Below are positions 30,467 to 40,076 of a stretch of DNA of 64,000 nucleotides, piece after piece. The notes beneath the pieces were generated by a model. The model was not told the DNA's origin. It worked only from the letters and a program-made list of their open reading frames with translations, and did not search any database. How positions within the stretch are numbered: the stretch's first letter is position 1; the number at the start of each line of letters is the position of its first letter. The stretch covers positions 12,310 to 76,309 of the forward strand of contig DASSHA010000161.1 in the NCBI GenBank assembly GCA_035693145.1. Reading direction: 5' to 3'. This DNA comes from Candidatus Limnocylindrales bacterium (GTDB lineage: Bacteria > Chloroflexota > Limnocylindria > Limnocylindrales > CSP1-4). The translations under genes were made by a program, and so were the position numbers.

Positions 30467-31770
30467 CCGCGGTCACTCCGGCCGCCTGGCCCGATCCGTC
30501 CGCGCTGCCGGCGGTCTGGAGTCGGATCACGAATCTCCGCGTCGACCGCGGCGCCGGCAGCTGGCTGTTCACGACCGACGGGAGGCGCTACCTCGACTAC
30601 AGCTCCGGGATCGGCGTCACGAGCACCGGCCATGCACATCCGCGCGTCGTCGCCGCCGTTCAGGCACAGGCGGCCAAGCTGCTCCACGGCCAGCAGAACA
30701 TCGTCTACCACGAACCGGGGCTGCGGCTGTACGACCGGCTATCGCGGCTGCTGCCCGGCGGGCCATGGGGCGCGTTCCTGTCGAACTCGGGGGCAGAGGC
30801 CGTCGAGGCCGCCGTCAAGCTCGCCCGTGTCGCAACCGGCCGGCCGGCGATCCTTGCCTTCCGCTACGGCTTTCACGGCCGGACGGCGCAGACGATGGCC
30901 CTCACGTCCGCCAAGGACGTCTACCGTGGGCACTTCGAGCCGCTCCCAGGCAGCGTCTACCACACGGCCTATCCGTACTGCTACCGGGCCTCCGGCGGGC
31001 CGCACGACCCTGCCGCCTGCACCTGCGACTGGGAAGAGCAGCTGGAGCTGACGTTCCACCAGCTCATCTACCCCGAGCACGTGGCGGCGATCGTCATCGA
31101 GCCGGTGCTCGGCGAGGGCGGCTACATCGTCCCGCCGCCGGGCTTCCTGCCCCGCCTCCGTGAGATCACGCGCCGCCACGGGATCCTGCTCGTCGCCGAC
31201 GAGGTCCAGACGGGTTTCGGCCGAACGGGCGAGATGTTCGCTGTGCGGCACTGGGACATCGAGCCGGACATCCTCGTCGTCGCGAAGGGGATCGCGTCGG
31301 GGCTCCCGCTGAGCGGGATCATCGCCCGGCGCGAGATCCTCGACCGCTTCCCGCCCGGGACCCACGGCGGAACGTACGGCGGCAACGTCGTGTCATGCGC
31401 GGCCGCGAACGCGACGCTCGACGTCATCGAGGACGAGGGGTTGGTTTCGAACGCGCGCGAGCGCGGCCGCCAGCTGCTCGACGGGTTGCGGGCGATTGCT
31501 CCGCGCTACGGCGCGATCGGCGACGTCCGCGGCCTGGGCCTGATGGTCGCGCTCGAGCTGGTCCGGCCGGGCGAGGGTGACGGCCGCGTCCCGGATGCCG
31601 CGCTGACGAAGCGCGTCCAGTCCGAGGCGCTGGATCGTGGGCTCATCGTGCTGACCGCTGGCACGTACGTGAACGTCATCCGCATCATCCCGCCGCTCGT
31701 TACGACGACCGACGAGGTCGACCTCGCGCTCCGAACGCTCAGCGAGAGCCTCGACGCCGCCGGAGCCTGA
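30463..31770 (+). CDS. class III (GabT/putrescine-type) PLP aminotransferase
   Basis: Carries SSGIGVTSTGHAHPRVV, LLVADEVQTGFGRTG and VVAKGIASGLPLSG. ATG 30463 overlaps the potC stop (ATGA). Confidence 0.9.
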   Translation: MTAVTPAAWPDPSALPAVWSRITNLRVDRGAGSWLFTTDGRRYLDYSSGIGVTSTGHAHPRVVAAVQAQAAKLLHGQQNIVYHEPGLRLYDRLSRLLPGGPWGAFLSNSGAEAVEAAVKLARVATGRPAILAFRYGFHGRTAQTMALTSAKDVYRGHFEPLPGSVYHTAYPYCYRASGGPHDPAACTCDWEEQLELTFHQLIYPEHVAAIVIEPVLGEGGYIVPPPGFLPRLREITRRHGILLVADEVQTGFGRTGEMFAVRHWDIEPDILVVAKGIASGLPLSGIIARREILDRFPPGTHGGTYGGNVVSCAAANATLDVIEDEGLVSNARERGRQLLDGLRAIAPRYGAIGDVRGLGLMVALELVRPGEGDGRVPDAALTKRVQSEALDRGLIVLTAGTYVNVIRIIPPLVTTTDEVDLALRTLSESLDAAGA

Positions 31771-31992
31771 GCGCGCGGTGGCGCGAGGCGGACGGTCGCG
31801 CTGCTTCGCGGCGTTGTCCAGCCGGCAATGACTTCGGCCTCGCCAGCTCGCGTCGTGGCCTGGTGAGACCGAACCACCCGACTTTCGGCCCGAAGAGGCC
31901 TCGTGATCGTCGCCCTGGGACCTGGCAGGCAGCGATCGGACCGGTGAGCGCCGGAACGATGGCCTGCGGGGCAACGCCGCGGCGAGGGCGGC

Positions 31993-32958
31993 TCAGGCCG
32001 GCTCGAGCGGCGGTCGCTCTCCCGGTGCACGGGTCGTGGCGAGGATGTCCCGCGCGACCGATGCCGACTCCTCGACACCGGCGAGCGGATCGTCGGTTCG
32101 GTCCTCGTGCTCGATGCTGAGGCTCCGACCGTAGCCGACCTCCGCCAGTGCCCGAACGAACGCGGTCCAGAACGCGCGATCGTGGCCGCGACCGACCGTT
32201 CGGAAGTTCCACGCACGGCGCGCCGGGTTCTCGAACGAGCGGACGTCGAGGACGCCGGCCAGGGCGACCTCGCCGGGCACGAGCGCGGTGTCCTTGAGGT
32301 GGACGTGGTGGACGGCCGGCCCGAGGGCCGCGATGCAGGCGAGCGGATCCATCTGCTGCCAGAACAGGTGCGACGGGTCGAGGTTTGCGCCGATGGTCTC
32401 GCCGACCTCCGCGCGCAGCTCGAGGAGCGTCGGGACGTTGAACACGAGCTGGAGCGGGTGGAGCTCGAGCGCGACCCTGACGCCGTGATCGGCGGCGACA
32501 GGGGCGAGCGAACGCCACAGCGTGACCATCTCGTCCCATTGCCGCCGTCGCAGGTCGACGAGCTCGTCCGGCCACGGGTAGACCGGCCAGTTGACGGTCG
32601 TCGCCGACGTGCCGTCGCCCGGGCACCCGGACATCGTCACGACCCGGTCGACCCCGAGCAGCTCAGCCAGGATGAACGTCTCCTCGACGATCGCCCGCTG
32701 GGCGGCCGCGGTCCGCGGATGGAGGAGCCAGGCGGAGCAATTGAGCGCGGCCAGGTGGAGTCCGCGACTCGCGAGGGCGTCGAGGAGGCGCGCCCGCTCA
32801 TCCGGCGATCGCAGCAGGCGCGAGCGGTCGAGGTGCGGCGCCGACGACTGCCCGCCGGTCGAGATCTCGATCGCCGTCGCTCCGATGCGGACGGCGACGT
32901 CGAGCACGCTCTCGCGCTCGAGGTGCGCGAGCGAATCGGTGTACAGCCCAAGCTCCAT
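31993..32958 (-). CDS. sugar phosphate isomerase/epimerase (xylose-isomerase-like TIM barrel; IolE/IolI-like)
   Basis: Begins MELGLYTDSL...IGATAIEISTGG, then ELHPLQLV and SIEHED. AAGGAG lies upstream of ATG 32958. Confidence 0.85.
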   Translation of the reverse strand: MELGLYTDSLAHLERESVLDVAVRIGATAIEISTGGQSSAPHLDRSRLLRSPDERARLLDALASRGLHLAALNCSAWLLHPRTAAAQRAIVEETFILAELLGVDRVVTMSGCPGDGTSATTVNWPVYPWPDELVDLRRRQWDEMVTLWRSLAPVAADHGVRVALELHPLQLVFNVPTLLELRAEVGETIGANLDPSHLFWQQMDPLACIAALGPAVHHVHLKDTALVPGEVALAGVLDVRSFENPARRAWNFRTVGRGHDRAFWTAFVRALAEVGYGRSLSIEHEDRTDDPLAGVEESASVARDILATTRAPGERPPLEPA

Positions 32959-32969
32959 GGATGGCTCCT

Positions 32970-34196
32970 TCAGTCCAGCGGGCCGCCTACGCCGAACACG
33001 CCGCGACGGCCGATCGTCGATCCCGTCGCAATGTCGAGCTCGGCGAGACCGGCGATGCCACGGCGATGGACAGGGTGGTCCGCGGGCAGGGGCAGGTCGA
33101 CGGACCGTCCGGTCGCGGCCGAGACGTACGCACCGAGTGTCGCGTCGAGCGCACGCGCCCCGTCCTCGACGGTTGCGCCCGCCGGCCGCCCGTCGATCAG
33201 ACCCGAGATCAGCTCGCGGAAGGTCTCGAGCAGGCGGACGTTGATCGTCCCGGGTGGGTCGGTGACGACCGGCGTTCGATCCTCGATCGTGCCGTCCCGG
33301 CCGATGGATCGGACCGACGCCAGCGGGGCGAACGGGCCCGTGCCACCGCCGGCATACGCGATCTCGACCCGGCCCAGCGGACCGGACACCGTCATCCCGC
33401 CCGGACCGACGCCCCAGCCGACGTTGACGAGCGCGATCGAACGGTCGGCCTCGTAGCGGCAGAGCGCGACGTCCTCGACCGGCGCGTGATCCGTCCTGGC
33501 GAGGATCTCCGCCGAGACGCGCCGGAACGGCCCGCCGGCGAGCGCCTCGGCAATGTAGACGAGGTGGAGCATGTCCATCAGGACGCCGCCGCCGCTCACG
33601 GCCGCGTCGTGCCGCCAGCCCGGACGCCAGGCCCCGCTTCCAGGCCGATCCTCGACCCCGAGCGCGTTGACGATCGCGATCTCCGGCTCGCCGATGACGC
33701 CGGCGGTGATCGCTGCCCGCGCAGAGAGGATCTCGGGCAGGTGCAGGTAGTTGTGGATCATCGCGACCGGCACGCCGACGTCGGCCGCGGCCGCCACGAG
33801 CGCGTCGGCATCAGCGGGAGCGATTGCGAGGGGCTTCTCGCAGATGACAGCTCGCCCCGCCGCGACCGCGCGTCGAGCGAGCGCCACCCGGATGCTCGGC
33901 GGCGTCGCGAGGTCGACGACGTCGACGTCGGCGTCCGCGATGAGAGCCTCGGGCGAGGCGTACGTCGCGGCGTCGCCGAGGCCGAGCCGTTCGGCCGCCT
34001 CCGCGCGTCGGTCCGGCGCGGGGTCCGCGACGGCGGTGACCCGGACGAGCTCGGGCAGCGACTCGAGCGCCGGGAGGTGGTGACCGAGTCCGACGTTGCC
34101 GAGCCCGACGAGCCCGAGGCGGACCGGCACCGTGCGGGGTCGCCAGCGCGGCGCCCGGTGTCGGGCGCGCGGAGATGAGACGTTCGCGTCGTTCAC
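32970..34196 (-). CDS. Gfo/Idh/MocA family NAD(P)-dependent oxidoreductase
   Basis: Rossmann N-terminus VRLGLVGLGNVGLGHHLPAL...VTAVADP, then ICEKPLA. GTG 34196 overlaps the GDPD stop (GTGA). GTG at about 34132 is the alternative start. Confidence 0.85.
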   Translation of the reverse strand: MNDANVSSPRARHRAPRWRPRTVPVRLGLVGLGNVGLGHHLPALESLPELVRVTAVADPAPDRRAEAAERLGLGDAATYASPEALIADADVDVVDLATPPSIRVALARRAVAAGRAVICEKPLAIAPADADALVAAAADVGVPVAMIHNYLHLPEILSARAAITAGVIGEPEIAIVNALGVEDRPGSGAWRPGWRHDAAVSGGGVLMDMLHLVYIAEALAGGPFRRVSAEILARTDHAPVEDVALCRYEADRSIALVNVGWGVGPGGMTVSGPLGRVEIAYAGGGTGPFAPLASVRSIGRDGTIEDRTPVVTDPPGTINVRLLETFRELISGLIDGRPAGATVEDGARALDATLGAYVSAATGRSVDLPLPADHPVHRRGIAGLAELDIATGSTIGRRGVFGVGGPLD

Positions 34197-34978
34197 GCCG
34201 CCGAAGCGTCCCGCCCGACGAGCCGGACCATGGCCGCGACATCGTCGCCCATGACCCCATCGACGCCGGCGGCGAGGCTCACCTCGATCGCCTCCTGTTC
34301 GGTCGTCGGCCACGCCCAGATGGCGATCCCGCGGCTCTGCAGGCTATCGACGAGCTCCGGGGTCAGGAACCGCCAATGGTTCTGGAGGACCGCCGCATCC
34401 AGCGCCGTCGCCTGGCGGATCGCGTCGGGCGGGTCGGGCGGGACGTCGTCGGGCAGCCGCTCGGGCGCGAGAAGGAGGTCCGGGACCTTCGCCTTCGCCA
34501 CGGCGAGGGCCGCGTGGTCGTAGCTCGACATGAACGCCCATCCGATGGCGTCCTTGGCGACGAGCAGGTCGACGAGCGCGTCGGCGACGCGACGGTAGCT
34601 GGCCGGCGTCTCGCCCTTGACCTCGAAGCACATGAAAATCCCCGCCTCGTGCGCGAGATCGATCGTCTCCGCCGTCGTTGGGACGCGTGCACCCGCGTAC
34701 GCCGGATCGAAGCGGGACCCCGCGTCGAGCCGCCGGATCTCGTCGAGCGTCAGGTCCTCGACGCGACCTGATCCGTCCGTGGTTCGATCCAGCGTCCAGT
34801 CGTGGATCATCACCAGCTCGCCATCGCGCGTCATGTTGACGTCGCATTCGATCATCTCGGCCCCGAGGGCGATCGCCCGGCGGTACGCCTCGAGCGTGTT
34901 CTCCGGGACCTCGATCGAGTGTCCGCGGTGGGCGATGACGAGCGGCCGCTCGCGCCGCAGCCAGGGATTGGCGGACAT
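34193..34978 (-). CDS. glycerophosphodiester phosphodiesterase (GDPD family), copy 1
   Basis: Carries PLVIAHRGHSIEVPENTLEAYRRAIALGAEMIECDVNMTRDGELVMIHDWTLDRTT. GAGGAGG lies upstream of the ATG. Confidence 0.9.
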   Translation of the reverse strand: MSANPWLRRERPLVIAHRGHSIEVPENTLEAYRRAIALGAEMIECDVNMTRDGELVMIHDWTLDRTTDGSGRVEDLTLDEIRRLDAGSRFDPAYAGARVPTTAETIDLAHEAGIFMCFEVKGETPASYRRVADALVDLLVAKDAIGWAFMSSYDHAALAVAKAKVPDLLLAPERLPDDVPPDPPDAIRQATALDAAVLQNHWRFLTPELVDSLQSRGIAIWAWPTTEQEAIEVSLAAGVDGVMGDDVAAMVRLVGRDASAA

Positions 34979-35104
34979 CGCGGGTTCCTCCTCGAACCGG
35001 GGGGTCGGCGTGCGAATGGCGCCGCGACCGTCGAGCTTCGCTCGCTCGACCGATCGGCGAAACCCGGTCCCCCTCTAGGCGACCGCGCAAACCGAACGTA
35101 AATG

Positions 35105-35133
35105 GTCAGACGTATGATGTCAAGGCGAGAGCG
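35105..35133 (-). promoter_or_regulatory. candidate promoter, TTGACA-N17-TACGTT, with a GTCNGAC box in the spacer (GDPD-oxidoreductase-isomerase unit)
   Basis: On the reverse strand: -35 at 35133-35128 and -10 at 35110-35105. The box ACGTCTGACC (35123-35114) lies inside the spacer. It sits directly downstream of the GntR gene at 35252..36040. Confidence 0.55.
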
Positions 35134-35251
35134 ACGAGGGGACGGGCGCGGCACCGGTCGCTGCGAGCGGCCCGTCGAGTGGAGCGCACCGGGCGCGCCG
35201 CGTTCGAGCGAACGCGCACTCGCCCGCGCGCGCGGGGCTGCGACCGTCGGG

Positions 35252-36040
35252 TCAGGCGACCGGGCCCGGTCCTCGGCGGAACACGCGCAGCTCGATGACC
35301 GCGGTCACATGCCACTCGTCGGACACCATCACGGGCCGACCGTCGAGGTCGTAGTCGATCTGACGCAGCTTCTGGATCGGCGTACCGGCCGCGACGTCGA
35401 GCACGCGGGCGAGGTCCCGGTCGGCGACCGTCGGGCTGAGGACCGCTTCGGCGTGCTCGATCGGATGACCTGCGGCCGTGAGGATCCGGTAAAGGGAGCC
35501 GGCGTAGTCCGTCCTGTCGAGCTCGGCGTCGAGCAGCTCGGCCGGCATCCGGTCGACCGAATAGATCGCCGGCCGCCCGTCCGCCGTCCGAACGCGGCGG
35601 ACCTCGCGAAGCGGCGTCCCGGGCTCCACGCCGAGCGCCTCGACGTCCTCGGCCGACGCGGGGATGGTCCGCAGGCCCAGGAGCTTGCGCCCGGGACGGA
35701 AGCCTGACGCCTGGAAGTGATCCGTGTAGCTGAAGTTGGTGTCGAGCGAGTTGCGGATGAGCGGGCGGCGGGTGACGAAGGTCCCCGACCCGTGGCGGCG
35801 AACGACGAGGCCGTCGTCGATGAGGCCACGAACGGCCTCGCGGATGGTGACGCGGCTCACGCCGAACCGCTCGCACAGGCGGTCCTCGTTCGGGAGCTTC
35901 GACCCGACGTCGAACTCGCCACCGAGGATCAGGCGCTTCAGCTCGCTTCGGACGACGTCGGCGAGGAGCGGCCGCCCGCGCGGGGCGCCGATCGTCACGA
36001 GTGGCCGATCGGGCGTCGAGTGGGCATCGGACGCCATCAT
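35252..36040 (-). CDS. GntR family transcriptional regulator, HutC/UTRA subfamily (paralogue 1)
   Basis: wHTH LPNEDRLCERFGVSRVTIREAVRGLIDDGLVVRRHGSGTFV followed by a UTRA-like C-terminal domain. Confidence 0.9.
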   Translation of the reverse strand: MMASDAHSTPDRPLVTIGAPRGRPLLADVVRSELKRLILGGEFDVGSKLPNEDRLCERFGVSRVTIREAVRGLIDDGLVVRRHGSGTFVTRRPLIRNSLDTNFSYTDHFQASGFRPGRKLLGLRTIPASAEDVEALGVEPGTPLREVRRVRTADGRPAIYSVDRMPAELLDAELDRTDYAGSLYRILTAAGHPIEHAEAVLSPTVADRDLARVLDVAAGTPIQKLRQIDYDLDGRPVMVSDEWHVTAVIELRVFRRGPGPVA

Positions 36041-36083
36041 AGAAATGATCGGAGCCGACTGCGTTCCAGCGCCGTGCGCCCCC

Positions 36084-36947
36084 TCAGCGCTGCCCGACCT
36101 CCACCGTCGCGCGCTTGGAGAACGCGAACAGGATGATGAGCGAGATCAGCCAGCTGATCGCAAAACCGATGATGACCATGACGGTTGTCTTGTGCGGCTG
36201 GTCGTCCCAGATCGCGACGGTCCAGACGCCCGACGTCTTCCACGCGTCGCCGACGATGAACGACGAGAGCGTGAACTCCCCGAACGAGACGGAGAAGACG
36301 AGCAGCGCTCCGGCCGCGATGCCCGTCGAGATGTTCGGCAGGATGATCCGGCGGAGCGTCGTCCAGCGCGATGCGCCGAGCGTCGCCGACGCCTCGCTGA
36401 GGCCCTGGGTGTCCATGGCTCGCAGGCTGTTGTCGAGCGCCCGGTACATGAACGGCAAGCCAGTCACGACGTACGACAGGATCAACAGCGTCGGCGTCCC
36501 GGACAGGACGATCGGTGGCGACGAATACGTGCGGATCAGCGACAGGGCGAGCACGATCGTCGGCAGCGCGAACGGCAGGAGCGACAGGAACTCGACGACC
36601 GGGCGCATCCGCGGCGCCGCGACGTGGAGCAGGAACATCATCGGCGTCATGAGCACGACGCTCACGATGATCGTCGCGATCGCCGCGATCAGCGAGCGGC
36701 CGGTCGTCGGGATGAAGAGCGGATCGTTGATCGTCTCCATGACGTGGTCGAGGGTGTAGCCGACGGGCAGGATCGTGTCGAACCACGTCGTCGCGAGCGA
36801 GAACAGGAAGACGCCGATGATCGGGATCAGCATGTAGGCGGTGAACACCGCGAACATCAGGATGAAGCCGAGCTCGCCGCCACGCCGGCGCGGAGTGACC
36901 GCCTCCGACGTCGCGAGCGCGGCGGGTGCGTCGCTGAGAACGCTCAT
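36084..36947 (-). CDS. ABC transporter permease (PotC-like)
   Basis: 6-TM permease. ATG 36947 (MSVLSD) overlaps the upstream permease stop (ATGA). The listed ORF begins 4 codons earlier. Confidence 0.85.
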   Translation of the reverse strand: MSVLSDAPAALATSEAVTPRRRGGELGFILMFAVFTAYMLIPIIGVFLFSLATTWFDTILPVGYTLDHVMETINDPLFIPTTGRSLIAAIATIIVSVVLMTPMMFLLHVAAPRMRPVVEFLSLLPFALPTIVLALSLIRTYSSPPIVLSGTPTLLILSYVVTGLPFMYRALDNSLRAMDTQGLSEASATLGASRWTTLRRIILPNISTGIAAGALLVFSVSFGEFTLSSFIVGDAWKTSGVWTVAIWDDQPHKTTVMVIIGFAISWLISLIILFAFSKRATVEVGQR

Positions 36948-37804
36948 GCCTTGATCCACCGTTGGGCGCGTCGCTGGATGAGGTGGTATGCGAGGACGGA
37001 CAGCGCGACCATGAACAAGAGCACGACGGCCATCGCGTCCGCTTGCGCCGGCTGATACAGGATCTCGCCGCGACGAAGGATCGAGATCTGGATCGTCATC
37101 AGGTTGATCCGGCTGCCGATCAACGCCTGGGCCGTCGCGTAGGCACCCATCGAGCTCACGAACAGGAGCACCGTGCCCGCCACGATCGACGGCATGAGCA
37201 CCGGGATCCCGATGCGCCGCCAGTAGTCACGACTGTTGCCGCCGAGCGAGTCGGACGCCTCCGCCCAGTCACGCTGCAGCCCGGCGAACGCGGGCAGCAT
37301 CAGCACGATCATCAGCGGGATCTGGAAGTAGAGATAGACGACGATGAGGCCGATGACCGTGTAGATCGAGAAGAACGACAGCAGGTCGATCCCGAACGAT
37401 CGGAGCAGGATCGTGATCATCCCGGCCGAGCCGAGGATCGTGATGAACGCGAAGCCGAGCCCCACGCCGCCGGCGTTCGAGCTGATCGAAGCGAGCGCGA
37501 TCAAGGCGCTCCTGATCCGCGTACGACTCGTGCGCATCATCCCGTAGCCGATGGCCGTCCCGAGGACCGCGCCGAGCAGCGAGCTCGTGACCGACAGCAG
37601 CAGCGAGTTGAAGATCGACTTCTGGAAGATCGGGTTCGTGAAGACCTTCGCGATCCACTCGAGGCTGTGGCGGTCGATCCCGCCGATGCTGCCGAGCAGA
37701 AGCGCGACGACCGGGATCAGCTCGAACATCGCGCAGAAGACGAGGAACGGCAGAAACGCGATAAGCAGCCCGATCCGGTTGATCGAACGGCCCGACAGTG
37801 TCAC
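36944..37804 (-). CDS. ABC transporter permease (PotB-like)
   Basis: 6-TM permease with EAA-type loop WAEASDSLGGNSRDYWRRIGIPVL. GTG start. Confidence 0.85.
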   Translation of the reverse strand: MTLSGRSINRIGLLIAFLPFLVFCAMFELIPVVALLLGSIGGIDRHSLEWIAKVFTNPIFQKSIFNSLLLSVTSSLLGAVLGTAIGYGMMRTSRTRIRSALIALASISSNAGGVGLGFAFITILGSAGMITILLRSFGIDLLSFFSIYTVIGLIVVYLYFQIPLMIVLMLPAFAGLQRDWAEASDSLGGNSRDYWRRIGIPVLMPSIVAGTVLLFVSSMGAYATAQALIGSRINLMTIQISILRRGEILYQPAQADAMAVVLLFMVALSVLAYHLIQRRAQRWIKA

Positions 37805-37884
37805 TCACTCAACCTCGCGCTGCAGGCGCGGGACGTGCCCGCCGCCACATTGGCGGCGGGCACGCACTCCGCAGGAGGAGAGGG

Positions 37885-39015
37885 CTAGGTCCCGACTTCG
37901 ATCGTCCACTCCGTCGCGAGCCTGGAGATCGCGTCGGCCGCGGCCTTCCAGTCCTTGATCGGCTTGACCCCGGCGTCGTAGTCGGCCTGCGGCGGGAACT
38001 TTGCGGCCAGATCGGCGGGGATCTGGACGCCCTTGACGAGCGGCCGCGCGTACTTCTCGGCCTGGAGGATCTGGACCTCGTCGGTCAGGATGAACTCGCG
38101 GAAGAGCTTGGCGGCATTGGGATGCGCCGCGTACTTGTTCATGATGTGGCAGTACGGCGCCTGCGTCGTCCCGTCGCTCGGGATGACGACCTGGATCGGC
38201 ACGGCCGGGCTCTTGGCGGCGAGGTCGTCGCGCATCGGCAGGGCGTTGTAGTCCCACAGGATCGCGATCTTCGCCTCGCCCTTCTCGACGTTCGCCTTGC
38301 TCGGAGCGACCGAAGTCAGGTTGCCGAGCGTGTTCAGCTCCTCGAAGTACTTCAGCCCCGGGTCGATGTTCGTCTCGCTTCCGCCGTTGGCGAGCGCCGC
38401 CGCAAGCACGGTCATCGAGCCCTGGGCGGCGTTGCGCGGATCACTGATCGCGACCATGCCCTTGTATTCGGGCTTCTTGAGATCCGCCCAGCTCTTCGGC
38501 ACGTTCGGGACGAGCGCGGTGTTGACGGCGAACGCGAGCGTCCCCGTGTACCAGCACATCCAGTTGCCGTCTGGATCCTTCGCGTAGTCGGGGATGAGGT
38601 CCCAACGGGTTGGCTTGTACGGTGCGACGGTGCCCGACGAGACGGCCACCGGCCCGAACTGGATCCCGATGTCGCCCTGGTCGGCGACGGGGTTGTTCTT
38701 CTCCGCGTCGAACTTCTGGATCTCCTCGGCACTCGACATGTCGGTGTCGGTGTGTGTCAGGCCGTACTTCGGCAGGAACTTGTCCCAGATCGCCCCGAAG
38801 TTCGTCCAGTCGGGCGGCATGCCGTAGCTGTTGAGCGCGCCCTCGGCCTTGGCCTTGGTCTCGAGATCGGCGATGACCGCCGAAGGATCAGCCGCGGCCG
38901 AAGGGCCGCTGCTGCTCGTCCCACCGGACGCCGGCGGCGGCGTCGATCCGCCACACGCGGCGACGAGCACGGTCGTCAGCCCGATGGCCGCGAGGGTTGA
39001 GCGTGGTCGGTGCAT
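37885..39015 (-). CDS. ABC transporter substrate-binding lipoprotein (PotD/AfuA-type, ligand unknown)
   Basis: Lipoprotein signal LAAIGLTTVLVAAC-GG. GAGGAGGAGG lies upstream of ATG 39015. Confidence 0.85.
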   Translation of the reverse strand: MHRPRSTLAAIGLTTVLVAACGGSTPPPASGGTSSSGPSAAADPSAVIADLETKAKAEGALNSYGMPPDWTNFGAIWDKFLPKYGLTHTDTDMSSAEEIQKFDAEKNNPVADQGDIGIQFGPVAVSSGTVAPYKPTRWDLIPDYAKDPDGNWMCWYTGTLAFAVNTALVPNVPKSWADLKKPEYKGMVAISDPRNAAQGSMTVLAAALANGGSETNIDPGLKYFEELNTLGNLTSVAPSKANVEKGEAKIAILWDYNALPMRDDLAAKSPAVPIQVVIPSDGTTQAPYCHIMNKYAAHPNAAKLFREFILTDEVQILQAEKYARPLVKGVQIPADLAAKFPPQADYDAGVKPIKDWKAAADAISRLATEWTIEVGT

Positions 39016-39146
39016 TCGTCCTCCTCCTCAGGTTTGCCTCGCTGGGTCAGCTGGTCGGCCCGCGGTCGTGGCGGTGGCGCCACGCCCGGGCGGGATGCGC
39101 GTCGGCCGTCTCGTGGGTCTTCAGGGCCCACGGGCGGCGCGTCGAC

Positions 39147-39935
39147 TCATCCGCTCGGTCGGGCCGGCCGGGCCCGAGTCGGGAGGGCTTCGAGAGCCGG
39201 CCCTCGACGATGGACGCTGAACTCGAACGTGTCGGCGACGTAGGACTCCACCGAGAACAGGACTGGCTCGCCCTCGGCCGTCGCGTCGACCTGTTCGAGT
39301 CGCAGGATGGCGCTCCCGGGCTTGATCCCGAGGCGATCCGCGACGAGGCTGTCGGCGCGGGTGACGCTGATCGATGCCTGGCCATCGGTGATCGATCGCC
39401 CCAGGCGCTCCGCGTACAGCCGGTACAGCGACAGCGCCGGATCGAGGAGCTCCTCGGGATCGACCCCGGCCTCGCGGAACAGCACCGCCGGGATGACGTC
39501 GACCGTGAAGATCACGCGCCGTCCGTCGGCGGTCCGAACGCGCTCGAGACGGATGACGGGCGCTCCGCGTTCGAGCCCCAACCGCTCGGCGACCTCGTCC
39601 TCGACGCTGACCCGCTCGATTCGCGCGTGGCTCGTTCCCGGCTCCATCGCGTGGCCGCGGATGACCTCGCTCGCGCTGAGGTTGACGTTCAGGCTGCCGC
39701 GAAGGCGCGCCGCGGACCGAACGAACGTGCCGTGACCATGGCGGCGGATGAGCAGCCCTTCCTGCTCGAGCTGCAGGAGCGCCTCGCGCACGGTGGTCCG
39801 GCTGACGCCCAGTGACGTCGCGAGCTCGACCTCGGGCGGGAGCTGCAGGCCGTCGGAGAATCGGCCGTCGCGAATCCGGTCGCGGACCTCCTCGCGGACG
39901 CGCGATGCGAGCTTCGCCTGGCCAATGACGGTCAC
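39147..39935 (-). CDS. GntR family transcriptional regulator, HutC/UTRA subfamily (paralogue 2)
   Basis: wHTH LPPEVELATSLGVSRTTVREALLQLEQEGLLIRRHGHGTFV followed by a UTRA-like domain. GTG start. Confidence 0.9.
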   Translation of the reverse strand: MTVIGQAKLASRVREEVRDRIRDGRFSDGLQLPPEVELATSLGVSRTTVREALLQLEQEGLLIRRHGHGTFVRSAARLRGSLNVNLSASEVIRGHAMEPGTSHARIERVSVEDEVAERLGLERGAPVIRLERVRTADGRRVIFTVDVIPAVLFREAGVDPEELLDPALSLYRLYAERLGRSITDGQASISVTRADSLVADRLGIKPGSAILRLEQVDATAEGEPVLFSVESYVADTFEFSVHRRGPALEALPTRARPARPSG

Positions 39936-40012
39936 GTTCGGCAGGGGCCTCTCAGTCCGGGGCAGCCACTGGATGGAATGACGGTGCTGGTCGCGAAGAC
40001 ATATGAGGTATA

Positions 40013-40038
40013 ACGTCCGACCTCGGTAACGCTACACT
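40013..40038 (+). promoter_or_regulatory. GTCNGAC box (ACGTCCGACC) and possible -10 TACACT in the lower-GC divergent spacer
   Basis: Box at 40013-40022 and TACACT at 40033-40038, with a weak -35. TTGACA is present on the reverse strand at 40047-40042. Confidence 0.35.
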
Positions 40039-40076
40039 CCGTGTCAAGCCAGCCGTCGATGAGAGGGGAGCGGACC

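Noticed and set aside
39045-39058. GGTCAG/GGTCGG half-sites upstream of the SBP gene, considered as a fourth GntR operator.
   Set aside because: Only 6-nt matches, which are frequent in this GC-rich sequence. The extended ACGTCYGAC...TTACG context seen at the other three sites is absent.
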